Shown here one piece after another: positions 9,292 to 19,149 of a DNA stretch of 64,000 bases. A program made the position numbers and the translations under genes. Under the pieces are notes generated by a model that was given only the letters and a program-made list of their open reading frames with translations, ran no database searches and was not told the DNA's origin. Origin of the DNA: Nostoc sp. (GTDB lineage Bacteria; Cyanobacteriota; Cyanobacteriia; Cyanobacteriales; Nostocaceae); NCBI GenBank assembly GCA_036918135.1, contig JBALDB010000032.1, positions 105,546-169,545 of the forward strand, in the 5' to 3' direction. Positions within the stretch are counted from its first letter, which is position 1, and each line of letters starts with the position of its first letter.

Positions 9292-12200
9292 ATGCCGAAA
9301 CCAACTATTTTAATTGCACTCGATCCTCACAGTGCCGCTTTTTGTGCAGCGATTAAACGGCAATTGCAAGAATTTCCGGTCGCCCAAAGCTGTTTAATTC
9401 AAACTTATACCCTGACTTGGGATGGTCAAGCTTTTGGCTTTAGTCCTGAGTTAGATCGATTTGCCGATCCGAGTTTCGATCTGGCTCAAACTCATAGTAA
9501 ACAAGCTTATCTCTCCAAAATTCGTACCCAGTTTACCGAAGGTGCTAGCAAGCTGCAAACTGCACTGATAGATGTAATCAAAGGCGGTACTCAATCAAAA
9601 GAAGCGCAAGCTGCTAAACGTCAAGGAGTGGAAATCAGCAGCAGCCATCAAATATATCTGATGCTATCAGTTAGCAATCATTTTTCTAGGGCAGTAGTTT
9701 TTGAACTAGTGCGCTTAATGCGTTGGCTATTTACTAAGTATTTTACAGATATTCCCCATAGCTTAGAAGCTTTACTGCTATTGCCAGGGTTATTTGCCGA
9801 AGCCACAACTGCCGATTATAGTGCTGCCTACGCCCTGCTGCGGGAATTAGATTATAAAATGACAAGTGGAGTGGCGATCGGTGCCAGTCACAAAGCACCA
9901 CCTTTTGATAACTGCTGGCTGATGGATGAGCGAATTGGGGGACTAAGAGATAATTTGCTCAGCTATGCTGATGCTTTTGCAGGCTTTCTGACTGTGGAAC
10001 CCGAAAGTAACAGCTTGTTGATTGGCACACAAAAAGTGCGAGGCAAAATACCCGCCTATAGTGCTTTTGGCTATGCAGAATTATTTTATCCCGGAGAAAC
10101 AGCTATTAACCGTTTGAGTGCTGCTTTAGCTGCTGATATTGTAATGGAGCAGTTTTTACCGAAGGCAGAATTCACTTTAGAAGCAAATCGCAAATCGCTG
10201 TTAGATGCCAAAGAATTTGTCCTCAGCGAAGATTTTAGTAATGCTTTTTTGCAACTAGAACGAGATAATGGCAAACCAGTTTGGCAAGATTTTAATCCAC
10301 GGATGGAAATCCGGGCTGGGATGTCTCAGGAATATGGAATGGAATTGCAGCGTGCTTATCGGCAATTTGAAAATAAAGAATTACTTTCCTATAAGCGCAC
10401 TCTGGAAAATTGTTGCAAACAGGTACAAACAGCACTAACTACTTTTTTAGACCGCAGCATTAACCGTTATGTTGATGCTACACCTAGAGGCTTGCATGAA
10501 GGAGTTAGACTATTAAACATATTGACCTATTTATACTTAGAACTGCAAACAGATAGCATTGGCGATCGCTCTAGGAATCTTGTTACAGAACTGCGTGCGG
10601 CTGAAGCATTTCTCGACTCTAGATTGCAAGTTATAATTGATAAAGAAACTACTCAAAATTTATTCAACCAAGTTTTTTCCTTAAAATTGCGACGGCAACA
10701 ATTACAAGATGCTTTAGCTGAAGGAAATTCTCAAGAACTGCTGCAAGAGATACAAGCAATTCAAGAACAGTTAGAAACAGCAATTGCTGAGTATCGCCAA
10801 GCGTTAAACGCAGAAATAGAACAAGCTCGACAAATTCGCCCTCAGGCGATCGCTCGCGCTCGCGAACAAGCCCAAGCAGCGATTAATGTAGCTCAGAATC
10901 ACTTAACTGCTATTGAAAATCAACTCGAAACAGCTACAGACAACCTCAATGAACTGCTAGCAGAGGAAAACCGTTTTCGCTCTCAGTATCTAGTCATTTA
11001 TCCTACCTTAGTTACTGTTGGTTTATTTGCCTTGTTGATTCTCACCGGAATTTTCAGTCAATCAACATTATGGGTATTTTTGCAACAAATCTGGGCTAAC
11101 CTTATTAGTTATTTGCTTTGGATTGCGGTAACAATTTTGACTTATTTAGGCATCGTTTGGCTGAAGTACAGCACTAATATCCGCGATCGCATTCAGAAGG
11201 TTCAGAAACAAATTCAACGATTAGAAAGCAGTTTAAAAGCAACTGCTGTAGAATTGCGCCGCAGCTATAACGAACAATTAAAGTTAGAGTATGATTTATA
11301 TGCCCAAAACCTTCGTGTTGAAGCGTTAAATCATTTGATTAAAATAGCTAAACAAAAATTTGAAAGTTTACGACAAACCCTCTCTAATTTTTCTGAAGTA
11401 TACAATAATTTGGTTGCTCAACGCAATCAAGCTACGACCTACTTTTCAGAAATTAAACTCACAGTTTTTACAGACACAGATATTGATGCTTATTACCAAA
11501 GTTTCCTTACCAAATTACCAACCGAAAAATTTACTCAAGAACAGGTGAGTCGTTCTCAGTCATGGAAAATTTCTGCTGAAGAATTTCAAAACAAACTTAT
11601 GTGCTTTGCTCGCCAACAGTTTGAAAAACTGCATAATTTGTCTATTGGAGAAGTGTTAAAGCAATCAGATTTAATTACGCCAAGTACTGCTACTCTACGC
11701 TTGAATCAACTATACGATCGCGCTAACTTGTTGCTGCGACTTCAAGATATTGACGCTAACTTAAACCCTACTTCTCAACGAGAAATGACTCTCTGGGTAG
11801 GAGCAAAAGATAAAGAACAAATTTTTGGGCTTTACAGTCGCTTGAGTCGTAGTTTAACCGCCTTGTTAGCTGAAGATGAGCAACGATTATCTATTTTGAC
11901 GACTTCGTTGGGCTTTCCGGCTTATTTTCTCAGTCAAATTGAGTTTTATCGAGACTGCTATGAACGTACTCAGGGCGAACAAATTGAGCAAGAGGAATTC
12001 TTTCCTGATTTAATACCAGAAGAAATCGGTTCGAGTAGAGAATTAAAGCTAGCTTATCAAACTCTACTGTTAGCGATCGCTTTGGGAATATTATCCCAAA
12101 ATGCTCAAGGGAGTTATCAGTTCAATAGTCAATTACTTGGTAGAGAACGCCAACAAATTGCCTTAGCTTTGGCAACTGAGTTTGCTTTCCAAGAGATACA

Positions 12201-12348
12201 CGCTCAAATTAAAGAACGTATAGAAGTCTTTGAACCTGATTTGATTTATCAAAAATTACAGAAGTTGGGAACATTTGCTTCAGATTTAAATCATTACGAA
12301 CGTAAACTTTTAGACCGTTTGCTCTCAGAGTATAATCCTCTGAATTAA
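9292..12348 (+). CDS. Degenerate tubulin-like paralog with long coiled coil and two TM helices
   Basis: Shares blocks with 6505-9261 (AYALLRELDY/AYGALKEIEH, PPFDNCWLMD/PPFDAVFLID, YSAFGYAEL/YCSFGFATL) but has no Gly-rich GTP motifs. Two hydrophobic segments at about 10990-11160. Confidence 0.7.
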   Translation: MPKPTILIALDPHSAAFCAAIKRQLQEFPVAQSCLIQTYTLTWDGQAFGFSPELDRFADPSFDLAQTHSKQAYLSKIRTQFTEGASKLQTALIDVIKGGTQSKEAQAAKRQGVEISSSHQIYLMLSVSNHFSRAVVFELVRLMRWLFTKYFTDIPHSLEALLLLPGLFAEATTADYSAAYALLRELDYKMTSGVAIGASHKAPPFDNCWLMDERIGGLRDNLLSYADAFAGFLTVEPESNSLLIGTQKVRGKIPAYSAFGYAELFYPGETAINRLSAALAADIVMEQFLPKAEFTLEANRKSLLDAKEFVLSEDFSNAFLQLERDNGKPVWQDFNPRMEIRAGMSQEYGMELQRAYRQFENKELLSYKRTLENCCKQVQTALTTFLDRSINRYVDATPRGLHEGVRLLNILTYLYLELQTDSIGDRSRNLVTELRAAEAFLDSRLQVIIDKETTQNLFNQVFSLKLRRQQLQDALAEGNSQELLQEIQAIQEQLETAIAEYRQALNAEIEQARQIRPQAIARAREQAQAAINVAQNHLTAIENQLETATDNLNELLAEENRFRSQYLVIYPTLVTVGLFALLILTGIFSQSTLWVFLQQIWANLISYLLWIAVTILTYLGIVWLKYSTNIRDRIQKVQKQIQRLESSLKATAVELRRSYNEQLKLEYDLYAQNLRVEALNHLIKIAKQKFESLRQTLSNFSEVYNNLVAQRNQATTYFSEIKLTVFTDTDIDAYYQSFLTKLPTEKFTQEQVSRSQSWKISAEEFQNKLMCFARQQFEKLHNLSIGEVLKQSDLITPSTATLRLNQLYDRANLLLRLQDIDANLNPTSQREMTLWVGAKDKEQIFGLYSRLSRSLTALLAEDEQRLSILTTSLGFPAYFLSQIEFYRDCYERTQGEQIEQEEFFPDLIPEEIGSSRELKLAYQTLLLAIALGILSQNAQGSYQFNSQLLGRERQQIALALATEFAFQEIHAQIKERIEVFEPDLIYQKLQKLGTFASDLNHYERKLLDRLLSEYNPLN

Positions 12349-12609
12349 AATTAAATTCCTTTATTCTAACTTGCCAGAAAATCTCTAATTAAATATTTTT
12401 TACATAATTTCTACGTCTAAATACATGAGTTTACTTAATATTCAAGCTATCTGACTCAAGCTTTATACTTCCACGCATTTAAAAAGTAAATTTCATGAGA
12501 GATTAACATAACTATTTATTCGCCCGACGTATCCTCCCTTCGTAGGAAAGTCGTTATAATTATTTTCCATCCCTCTCTGAAACCAAATTCTCATCTACAC
12601 ACTATTTAT

Positions 12610-12804
12610 ATGGGACGTGCCCGTTCTAAATCTGACCTACCTACAAAAATCTGTCCGGTATGTCAACGTCCTTTTACATGGCGTAAAAAGTGGCAAGATT
12701 GCTGGGAAGATGTGAAATACTGCTCAGAACGTTGTCGTCGTCGCCGTTCTGAAGCTCAAAATGAAACTAACCGCAACACAGACGCAAATAGCGCAAAGGA
12801 TTAA
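12610..12804 (+). CDS. DUF2256 family small Cys-rich protein
   Basis: [19 protein letters not shown]...VKYCSERC motif; its stop overlaps the next start (TAATG). Confidence 0.85.
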   Translation: MGRARSKSDLPTKICPVCQRPFTWRKKWQDCWEDVKYCSERCRRRRSEAQNETNRNTDANSAKD

Positions 12805-13757
12805 TGGAGTCACAGGTGCAACCTAAATTAATTATTCATGGCGGGGCTGGTAGTTCTCTCCACGGTAAAGGAGGATTGGAAGCGGTACGTCGATCGCTTC
12901 ATACGGTTGTAGAACAAGTCTATTCTTTACTATTGTGCGGAAAAACTGCCTCTGAGGCGGTAGTACAGGGTTGCCAAATGCTGGAAGATAACCCCCGCTT
13001 TAATGCTGGTACTGGTTCAGTGCTGCAATCTGATGGGCAAATCCGCATGAGTGCTTCGTTAATGGATGGCACATTAGGGCGATTTAGTGGTGTAATTAAT
13101 ATTTCGCGGGTAAAAAATCCCATCGACTTGGCACAATTTTTACAAAGTTCGCCAGACCGAGTACTATCAGATTTCGGCTCGGCTGAATTAGCGCGAGAAA
13201 TGCAAATTCCTACCTATAATGCTTTAACTGATTTGCGATTGCAAGAGTGGATACAAGAACGTGAGGATAATTTTAAAAGTGTGATGGCTAATGTGATTGC
13301 AGAACCCGAACTGGCAGAAACCAGTAATGCTGGACGGGGTACCATTGGGGTGGTAGCTTTAGATGCCTATGGCGGGCTAAGCGCTGGGACTTCTACTGGT
13401 GGAAAAGGCTTTGAGCGAATTGGGCGGGTAAGTGATTCTGCGATGCCAGCAGGCAATTATGCTACTAAAGAAGCGGGAGTTAGTTGTACTGGTATTGGGG
13501 AAGATATTATTGATGAGTGTTTAGCAGCCAGGATTGTGGTACGTGTTGCTGATGGTATGTCCCTCAAAGATGCTATGCAGCGCTCCTTGACAGAAGCGTA
13601 CCAGAATAAACGGGATTTAGGAGCGATCGCCTTAGATGTTAATGGAGCGATCGCTTGGGGTAAAACCAGCGAAATCTTACTGGCCGCTTACCACGATGGC
13701 GACAAAATTGGTGACACCTTGGAATGGACTGGCAATGAACTAATAGGGTATTGCTGA
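12804..13757 (+). CDS. iaaA: Isoaspartyl peptidase/L-asparaginase (Ntn hydrolase)
   Basis: IIHGGAG, FNAGTGS, autocleavage site G|TIGVVA, TSTGG, GRVSDS, TGIGE. Confidence 0.9.
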   Translation: MESQVQPKLIIHGGAGSSLHGKGGLEAVRRSLHTVVEQVYSLLLCGKTASEAVVQGCQMLEDNPRFNAGTGSVLQSDGQIRMSASLMDGTLGRFSGVINISRVKNPIDLAQFLQSSPDRVLSDFGSAELAREMQIPTYNALTDLRLQEWIQEREDNFKSVMANVIAEPELAETSNAGRGTIGVVALDAYGGLSAGTSTGGKGFERIGRVSDSAMPAGNYATKEAGVSCTGIGEDIIDECLAARIVVRVADGMSLKDAMQRSLTEAYQNKRDLGAIALDVNGAIAWGKTSEILLAAYHDGDKIGDTLEWTGNELIGYC

Positions 13758-14016
13758 AAGAATGGGGGGTGTTGAATGTTGACTGTTGACTGTTAAGTAA
13801 AGGCGAAGACGTTCTCTGGTGAGGAGTTATTATTCTTCTGTGTGTACCCTCCGCTCCCCATCTGTTTATCTCCCAGTGCCTATTTTAAAGACAGACAGTG
13901 ACACGACAAATCGGACAACTAGGGCAAAAAATACTTCTTTCGCCGTCATCAGTCATCAGTCAACAGTCAGCTTTATTTTCAAGACAGGAATCAGCGATCG
14001 CAAATATTCGCCAAGT

Positions 14017-16659
14017 CTACGTCACAATTTGTGTGACTGAGATTTTTATTGGCACTTTTTTACTGAAAGATAGACCGTTTTCACTTTTGTCAATGAAAAT
14101 CGTGTCTCCAGAGATAAAAGTATTTTCCAGTAACTTAGTAGCGAGAGGGTTTTCGACTTCTCGCTGAATTGCTCGTTTGAGTGGACGAGCGCCGTAAACT
14201 GGGTCATAACCTGCTTCTACCAGGTAATCACAGGCAGATGGGGAGATTTCAAAGAAGATTTTTTGATCGCGGAGCAGATTTTCTACGCGTTTGAGTTGAA
14301 TCCGGATGATATGCCGCATTTCTGAACGGCTGAGGGTATGGAAGAGAATTAAATCGTCAATGCGGTTGAGAAATTCTGGACGAAAATGCGATCGCAAGGC
14401 ATCCATTACCCGTTGACGCATGGTTTCATATTTGGACTCATCACTAGATATATCTAATATATGTTCGCTGCCTATGTTACTAGTCATAACGATGACGGTG
14501 TTGCGAAAATCTACTATTCTCCCTTGAGAATCAGTAATTCTACCATCATCTAGAACTTGTAACAAAATATTAAACACATCTGGATGTGCCTTTTCCACTT
14601 CATCCAGCAGTACCACCGAGTAGGGACGACGGCGAATCGCCTCGGAAAGTTGACCGCCTTCTTCGTAACCGATATATCCTGGAGGCGCTCCCACTAATCG
14701 AGAGACAGAGTGTTTTTCCATATACTCGGACATATCCAAGCGCACCAATGCATCATCAGAATCAAAGAGAAACTGAGCTAAAGCACGCGCAAGTTCGGTT
14801 TTACCCACACCTGTAGGCCCCATGAACAAAAATGAACCAATGGGACGCGAAGGGTCTTTCATTCCCGCACGGGCGCGGCGAATTGCGGCTGCTACTGCTG
14901 CTACAGCTTCTTCTTGCCCAATGACTCGTTGGTGCAAATGACTTTCTAGTTGCAGTAATTTTTGTCGTTCCGATTCCAATAAGCGATTGACAGGAATTCC
15001 TGTCCATTTGGCGACGATTTCGGCAATATCGGCTTCGGTGACTTGTTCTCGCAGCAAAGTGGAACCTTGACTTTGAATTTCTAAAAGTTTGGTTTCTTTG
15101 GCTTCGCGATCGCGTTGTACTCCTTCCAATTTCCCATACTTCAATTGGGCGGCTTTATTCAGGTCATAAGCACGTTCTGCCTGTTCGATTTGCACTCGCA
15201 GCGCATCTTCTTCTTTCTTTAAGCTACTTATCGCCTCTAATAGCTGCTTTTCACCTTGCCATTGATCGTTAAATATGTGCTGTTTTTGAGTCAAATTGGT
15301 GATTTCTTGCTCAATTCGCTGTAAACGTTCCCTTGTTTGGGAAGTACCCTTTTCTTCGCCAGCTAATGAGAGCTTTTCCATTTCTAACTGCATAAGGCGG
15401 CGGTCGATGGTTTCCAATTCCGTTGGTTTGGAGGTAATCTCCATTTTCAACTGTGCTGCTGCCTCATCTACTAAGTCAATAGCTTTATCTGGCAAAAAGC
15501 GATCGCTAATATAACGCGCTGACAAAGTTGCTGCTGCTACCAAAGCCGAATCAGAAATTTTCACATTGTGATGAACTTCATAGCGCTCTTTCAATCCCCG
15601 GAGAATGGAAATAGTATTTTCCACACTTGGCTGATCGACAAATACTTGCTGAAAACGGCGTTCTAGCGCGGCGTCTTTCTCAATGTGTTTGCGGAATTCA
15701 TCTAAGGTAGTAGCGCCAATGCAACGCAGTTCTCCCCGCGCCAGCATCGGTTTGAGTAAATTTCCTGCATCCATCGCTCCTTGTTGATTGGAACCTGTGC
15801 CGACTACGGTGTGCAATTCGTCAATAAATAGAACGATTTGCCCGTTAGATTCCATCACTTCCCGAAGAACAGATTTCAAGCGGTCTTCAAATTCACCCCG
15901 GTATTTAGCCCCAGCAATCAAACTGCCCATATCTAAAGAGATTAGCTGGCGATTTTTCAGCGATTCGGGAACATCACCGTTGACCATCCGCTGGGCTAAC
16001 GCTTCGGCGATCGCAGTTTTACCTACTCCAGGTTCGCCAATCAATACTGGATTATTTTTGCTGCGGCGGGACAATACCTGGATTACCCGGCGAATTTCGT
16101 CATCCCGTCCAATCACCGGGTCTAGTTTTCCAGATTTTGCCTGTTCTGTCAAGTCCCTGCCAAATTTTTGTAAAGCCTCATAACGGGATTCTGGATTTTG
16201 ATCTGTGACTTTTTGGCTACCGCGAATAGTTTTGATTGTAGCTTCCAGCTTAGCTGCATCGGCATTAAAGCTTTTGAGTATCCGCCGTCCAACACGTTCA
16301 TCTTCAGCAAATGCCAGTAGAATGTGTTCCACAGAGATGTAGGAATCTTTCATCCTGGCTCTAATTTCTTCGGCTTGGTCTAGTAAAACATCTAAACTAC
16401 GACTAAGGTAAAGCTGATCGCTTTTGCCAACTTTTGGCTGACGTTGGGTAAAAGCTTCTAGTTGCTGTTGCAAGCGGATTGGATCGACTTCAGACCGAGC
16501 CAGAATACGTATTGCTAAACTAGTAGGTTCTTCTAACAGGGCAATTATTAAATGTTCAACATCTAATTGCTGTTGTTGATAAGCACGGACTATATCCTGA
16601 GATTTTACAATCGCTTCCCAGGCTTTATCTGTAAATTTATTCGGATCTGTAGGTTGCAT
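14017..16659 (-). CDS. clpB: ATP-dependent chaperone ClpB
   Basis: Two AAA+ modules ([16 protein letters not shown]), middle coiled-coil domain (AAQLKYG), GARPLKR. Confidence 0.97.
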   Translation of the reverse strand: MQPTDPNKFTDKAWEAIVKSQDIVRAYQQQQLDVEHLIIALLEEPTSLAIRILARSEVDPIRLQQQLEAFTQRQPKVGKSDQLYLSRSLDVLLDQAEEIRARMKDSYISVEHILLAFAEDERVGRRILKSFNADAAKLEATIKTIRGSQKVTDQNPESRYEALQKFGRDLTEQAKSGKLDPVIGRDDEIRRVIQVLSRRSKNNPVLIGEPGVGKTAIAEALAQRMVNGDVPESLKNRQLISLDMGSLIAGAKYRGEFEDRLKSVLREVMESNGQIVLFIDELHTVVGTGSNQQGAMDAGNLLKPMLARGELRCIGATTLDEFRKHIEKDAALERRFQQVFVDQPSVENTISILRGLKERYEVHHNVKISDSALVAAATLSARYISDRFLPDKAIDLVDEAAAQLKMEITSKPTELETIDRRLMQLEMEKLSLAGEEKGTSQTRERLQRIEQEITNLTQKQHIFNDQWQGEKQLLEAISSLKKEEDALRVQIEQAERAYDLNKAAQLKYGKLEGVQRDREAKETKLLEIQSQGSTLLREQVTEADIAEIVAKWTGIPVNRLLESERQKLLQLESHLHQRVIGQEEAVAAVAAAIRRARAGMKDPSRPIGSFLFMGPTGVGKTELARALAQFLFDSDDALVRLDMSEYMEKHSVSRLVGAPPGYIGYEEGGQLSEAIRRRPYSVVLLDEVEKAHPDVFNILLQVLDDGRITDSQGRIVDFRNTVIVMTSNIGSEHILDISSDESKYETMRQRVMDALRSHFRPEFLNRIDDLILFHTLSRSEMRHIIRIQLKRVENLLRDQKIFFEISPSACDYLVEAGYDPVYGARPLKRAIQREVENPLATKLLENTFISGDTIFIDKSENGLSFSKKVPIKISVTQIVT

Positions 16660-16883
16660 CTTTAAAATTTTCGATTTGAGATTTTTAGTTTAAGGCTTGG
16701 GGAGTGCTGAGTTAAGAGCAAAGCCGGAGACTGTGAAAGCTTTGGTTAGGTAGTGCTGAGTTAGGAGTTATTCTCTCCCTACTTCCCCTGTTCTCTCGTC
16801 TCCCAGTCCCCAGTTCCTACCTATTCCTTAATTTAAAACGAAAACATGCTGATGAGCGTAGTTTGCCAGATGTTGCTATTAGA

Positions 16884-16912
16884 GCGATGTCTACGACGGG
16901 CTACACCTACGC
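16884..16912 (+). repeat. HIP1 site interrupted by a 21-nt short dispersed repeat (SDR-like)
   Basis: GCGAT + GTCTACGACGGGCTACACCTA + CGC, i.e. GCGATCGC split by 21 nt. Confidence 0.7.
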
Positions 16913-16959
16913 TATTGGTGTTACTCATCAACGAGTAATATAGATTTTTACTTTTAGAG

Positions 16960-17394
16960 TTACTGACTTACAAGTTGCTCTTTTGATTCGTGTTTGATTG
17001 CTGACCCTTGAGTTCCCAACTGAATCAGTTCAATTTTATACCCGTCTGGATCTTCTACAAAAGCAATTACTGTCGAACCATGTTTCATCGTTCCTGGTTC
17101 TCGGACGATTTTACCGCCCTGATTGCGGATTTCTTCACATTTAGTATAAATATCATCAACTCCAAGAGCAATGTGACCGTAGGCATTACCCAATTCGTAC
17201 TTTTCTACTCCCCAGTTGTAGGTTAGTTCTATCACCGTGTTATCACTTTCATCACCATAGCCTATAAAAGCTAGGGTAAATTCTCCTCCTGGATAATCTT
17301 TTCGCCGCAGTAATTTCATACCCAGAACTTCACAATAAAATTTTAATGACTCTTCAAGGTTGCCCACTCGCAGCATTGTATGTAGTAATCGCAT
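16960..17394 (-). CDS. gloA: Lactoylglutathione lyase (glyoxalase I)
   Basis: [38 protein letters not shown]. Confidence 0.95.
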   Translation of the reverse strand: MRLLHTMLRVGNLEESLKFYCEVLGMKLLRRKDYPGGEFTLAFIGYGDESDNTVIELTYNWGVEKYELGNAYGHIALGVDDIYTKCEEIRNQGGKIVREPGTMKHGSTVIAFVEDPDGYKIELIQLGTQGSAIKHESKEQLVSQ

Positions 17395-18048
17395 ATTGAC
17401 CTTTGCTAACTTCCTTAATTCTTATATTTTATATCTCACGAGCCTTTTCCACATAAGCTGCGTTCAACTATACTTTTAAATACTCAATTATTGGTAATTC
17501 TAGCATTGGTATTTTATTGATAATTATTAACTAGAAAAGTTTAATAATAAAAAACTAAATGTTCTTCAAATATTCATATATTTGATTTTTGGAATATTAG
17601 AGTTGTAAATAACTGCTTATCAAGTCAAAAATTAATTTAAAAATATCTTTTCATTCACTATTGTAGTTGGAGCAACCGACTAAAATAGGTGAGAGTTACT
17701 TAATAAAAAATATCCTAACGTTCACAGTCAAAGGTCATCAGTCATTAATCATCAACTTCAAAGTGGATAATTTATTTGTTGATAAAAATTTCTTTTCCAT
17801 ACTCCCCATTCCCTAATGACTTCCTTTCTATAAAATATCCCACTGTTGACAATCAACACTCAACACTCATCAGTCATCAACTTCAAAGGAGATAATTTAT
17901 TTCTTGAAATTCCCCTATTTTCAAGGTAGGTTTATTATTCTCCTGTTTGCCCCTTGTACCCCATGCCCATTGTTTAAAGAATTTTCTTGACAGAAGTAAC
18001 GCCAGAGCCACGTGCGATCGCTACAATCTTAAAGATAAGCAATACTCA

Positions 18049-18747
18049 ATGGTGCAGCAGATGCTCAAGCGGCTAGTTCAATGGCTCAAAAAACTTTTTC
18101 AGAGCTTGTTTGGTAGAAAACAGACTGCCTCAAAAGTTAGAGGGAATGTGCAAAAAGAACCAGCACCACCTCTAAGTGATACAGACCTGGAATTTCTCTT
18201 CAACGAACTGTTGCAAGGAGTTCATCAAGCCAGAGGAGAAGCTTGGGCACGGAAGTGGCTGGATAATATTGAACATCGCATTCCATCTGAACGCTGGGTT
18301 GAGTGGTTGAGGCGCTTTGGTGAAAGATTGCTAGCATCACCCACACCTAATAATGAAATGGCTGCCCGATTGGTGGAGCTGGGTGATCTGGGCATCGGAG
18401 AAATTACAGATGTTGCTTATAGTATTGGGATGCAGTTGCTAACACGCAATCAAGGCGAACCAATTTGGGAATATGAAGGCCCAGATGCTATGATTACAAC
18501 TTTGCCACCTCCAGCAAACATCACAACATCTGAGGAACTAGACGGCAAAGAGAACCTACCAGAGGGAGAATATCAAACTGTTACCCTAGAAGAACTGTTT
18601 GTAATGTTGCAAGAGGATGAAAATTTACGTCAACAGATTGCCCAGCAATTGGCTGTTGATAGCGACGACCCACAAGTTCTTGTGCAGGCATTAATTAGTC
18701 AATTATATCCTGCGGGTCAATCGATTCCAGACCAAACAGAAAATTAA
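18049..18747 (+). CDS. Hypothetical protein, short paralog of the N-terminal region of the downstream TPR-CHAT protein
   Basis: LSDTDLEFLFNELLQGVHQARG...ERW..WL..FGE.LLASPTPN..A..LV.LG.LGIG aligns with the start of 19150-23022. Start placed at ATG 18049 (or 18061) rather than TTG 17947. Confidence 0.75.
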   Translation: MVQQMLKRLVQWLKKLFQSLFGRKQTASKVRGNVQKEPAPPLSDTDLEFLFNELLQGVHQARGEAWARKWLDNIEHRIPSERWVEWLRRFGERLLASPTPNNEMAARLVELGDLGIGEITDVAYSIGMQLLTRNQGEPIWEYEGPDAMITTLPPPANITTSEELDGKENLPEGEYQTVTLEELFVMLQEDENLRQQIAQQLAVDSDDPQVLVQALISQLYPAGQSIPDQTEN

Positions 18748-19149
18748 CTACTTAGCAAATAAAAAAATTATCTTCCTCAGAAAAATTGGCATGGTAGTAT
18801 CTGGTCTAGTAAAACTCCAAGGTTGAATCTTATAAAGGAACTTTAAGAAATAAAAACCACCACTTGAAGTTGCTGACTAATGAACGCCAGTTGCTACCCT
18901 GCGGGTTCCGTGTTAGCGGTACAAATCGGTAGAGCCGCAAGAGCGCACTGGCTTCTGTTGAGTGTAAGCAGCGCGATATTTTTTATTTGGAAGTCGCTTA
19001 TTATAGCGTTATAATGCTGGAATCTTCAACTTTTGTGTATTTTTTGCTAGCCTACCCTAAAAACACTGTACGGATATAATGGGTTTTTACGTAATTCATG
19101 ACTTTTTTAACACAACGATGGCTACAATCTAGAAAAACAAAATCCAAGA

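Noticed and set aside
17947..18048. N-terminal extension of the short paralog given by the ORF track
   Set aside because: TTG start overlapping the putative promoter; similarity with the paralog begins near 18049-18061.
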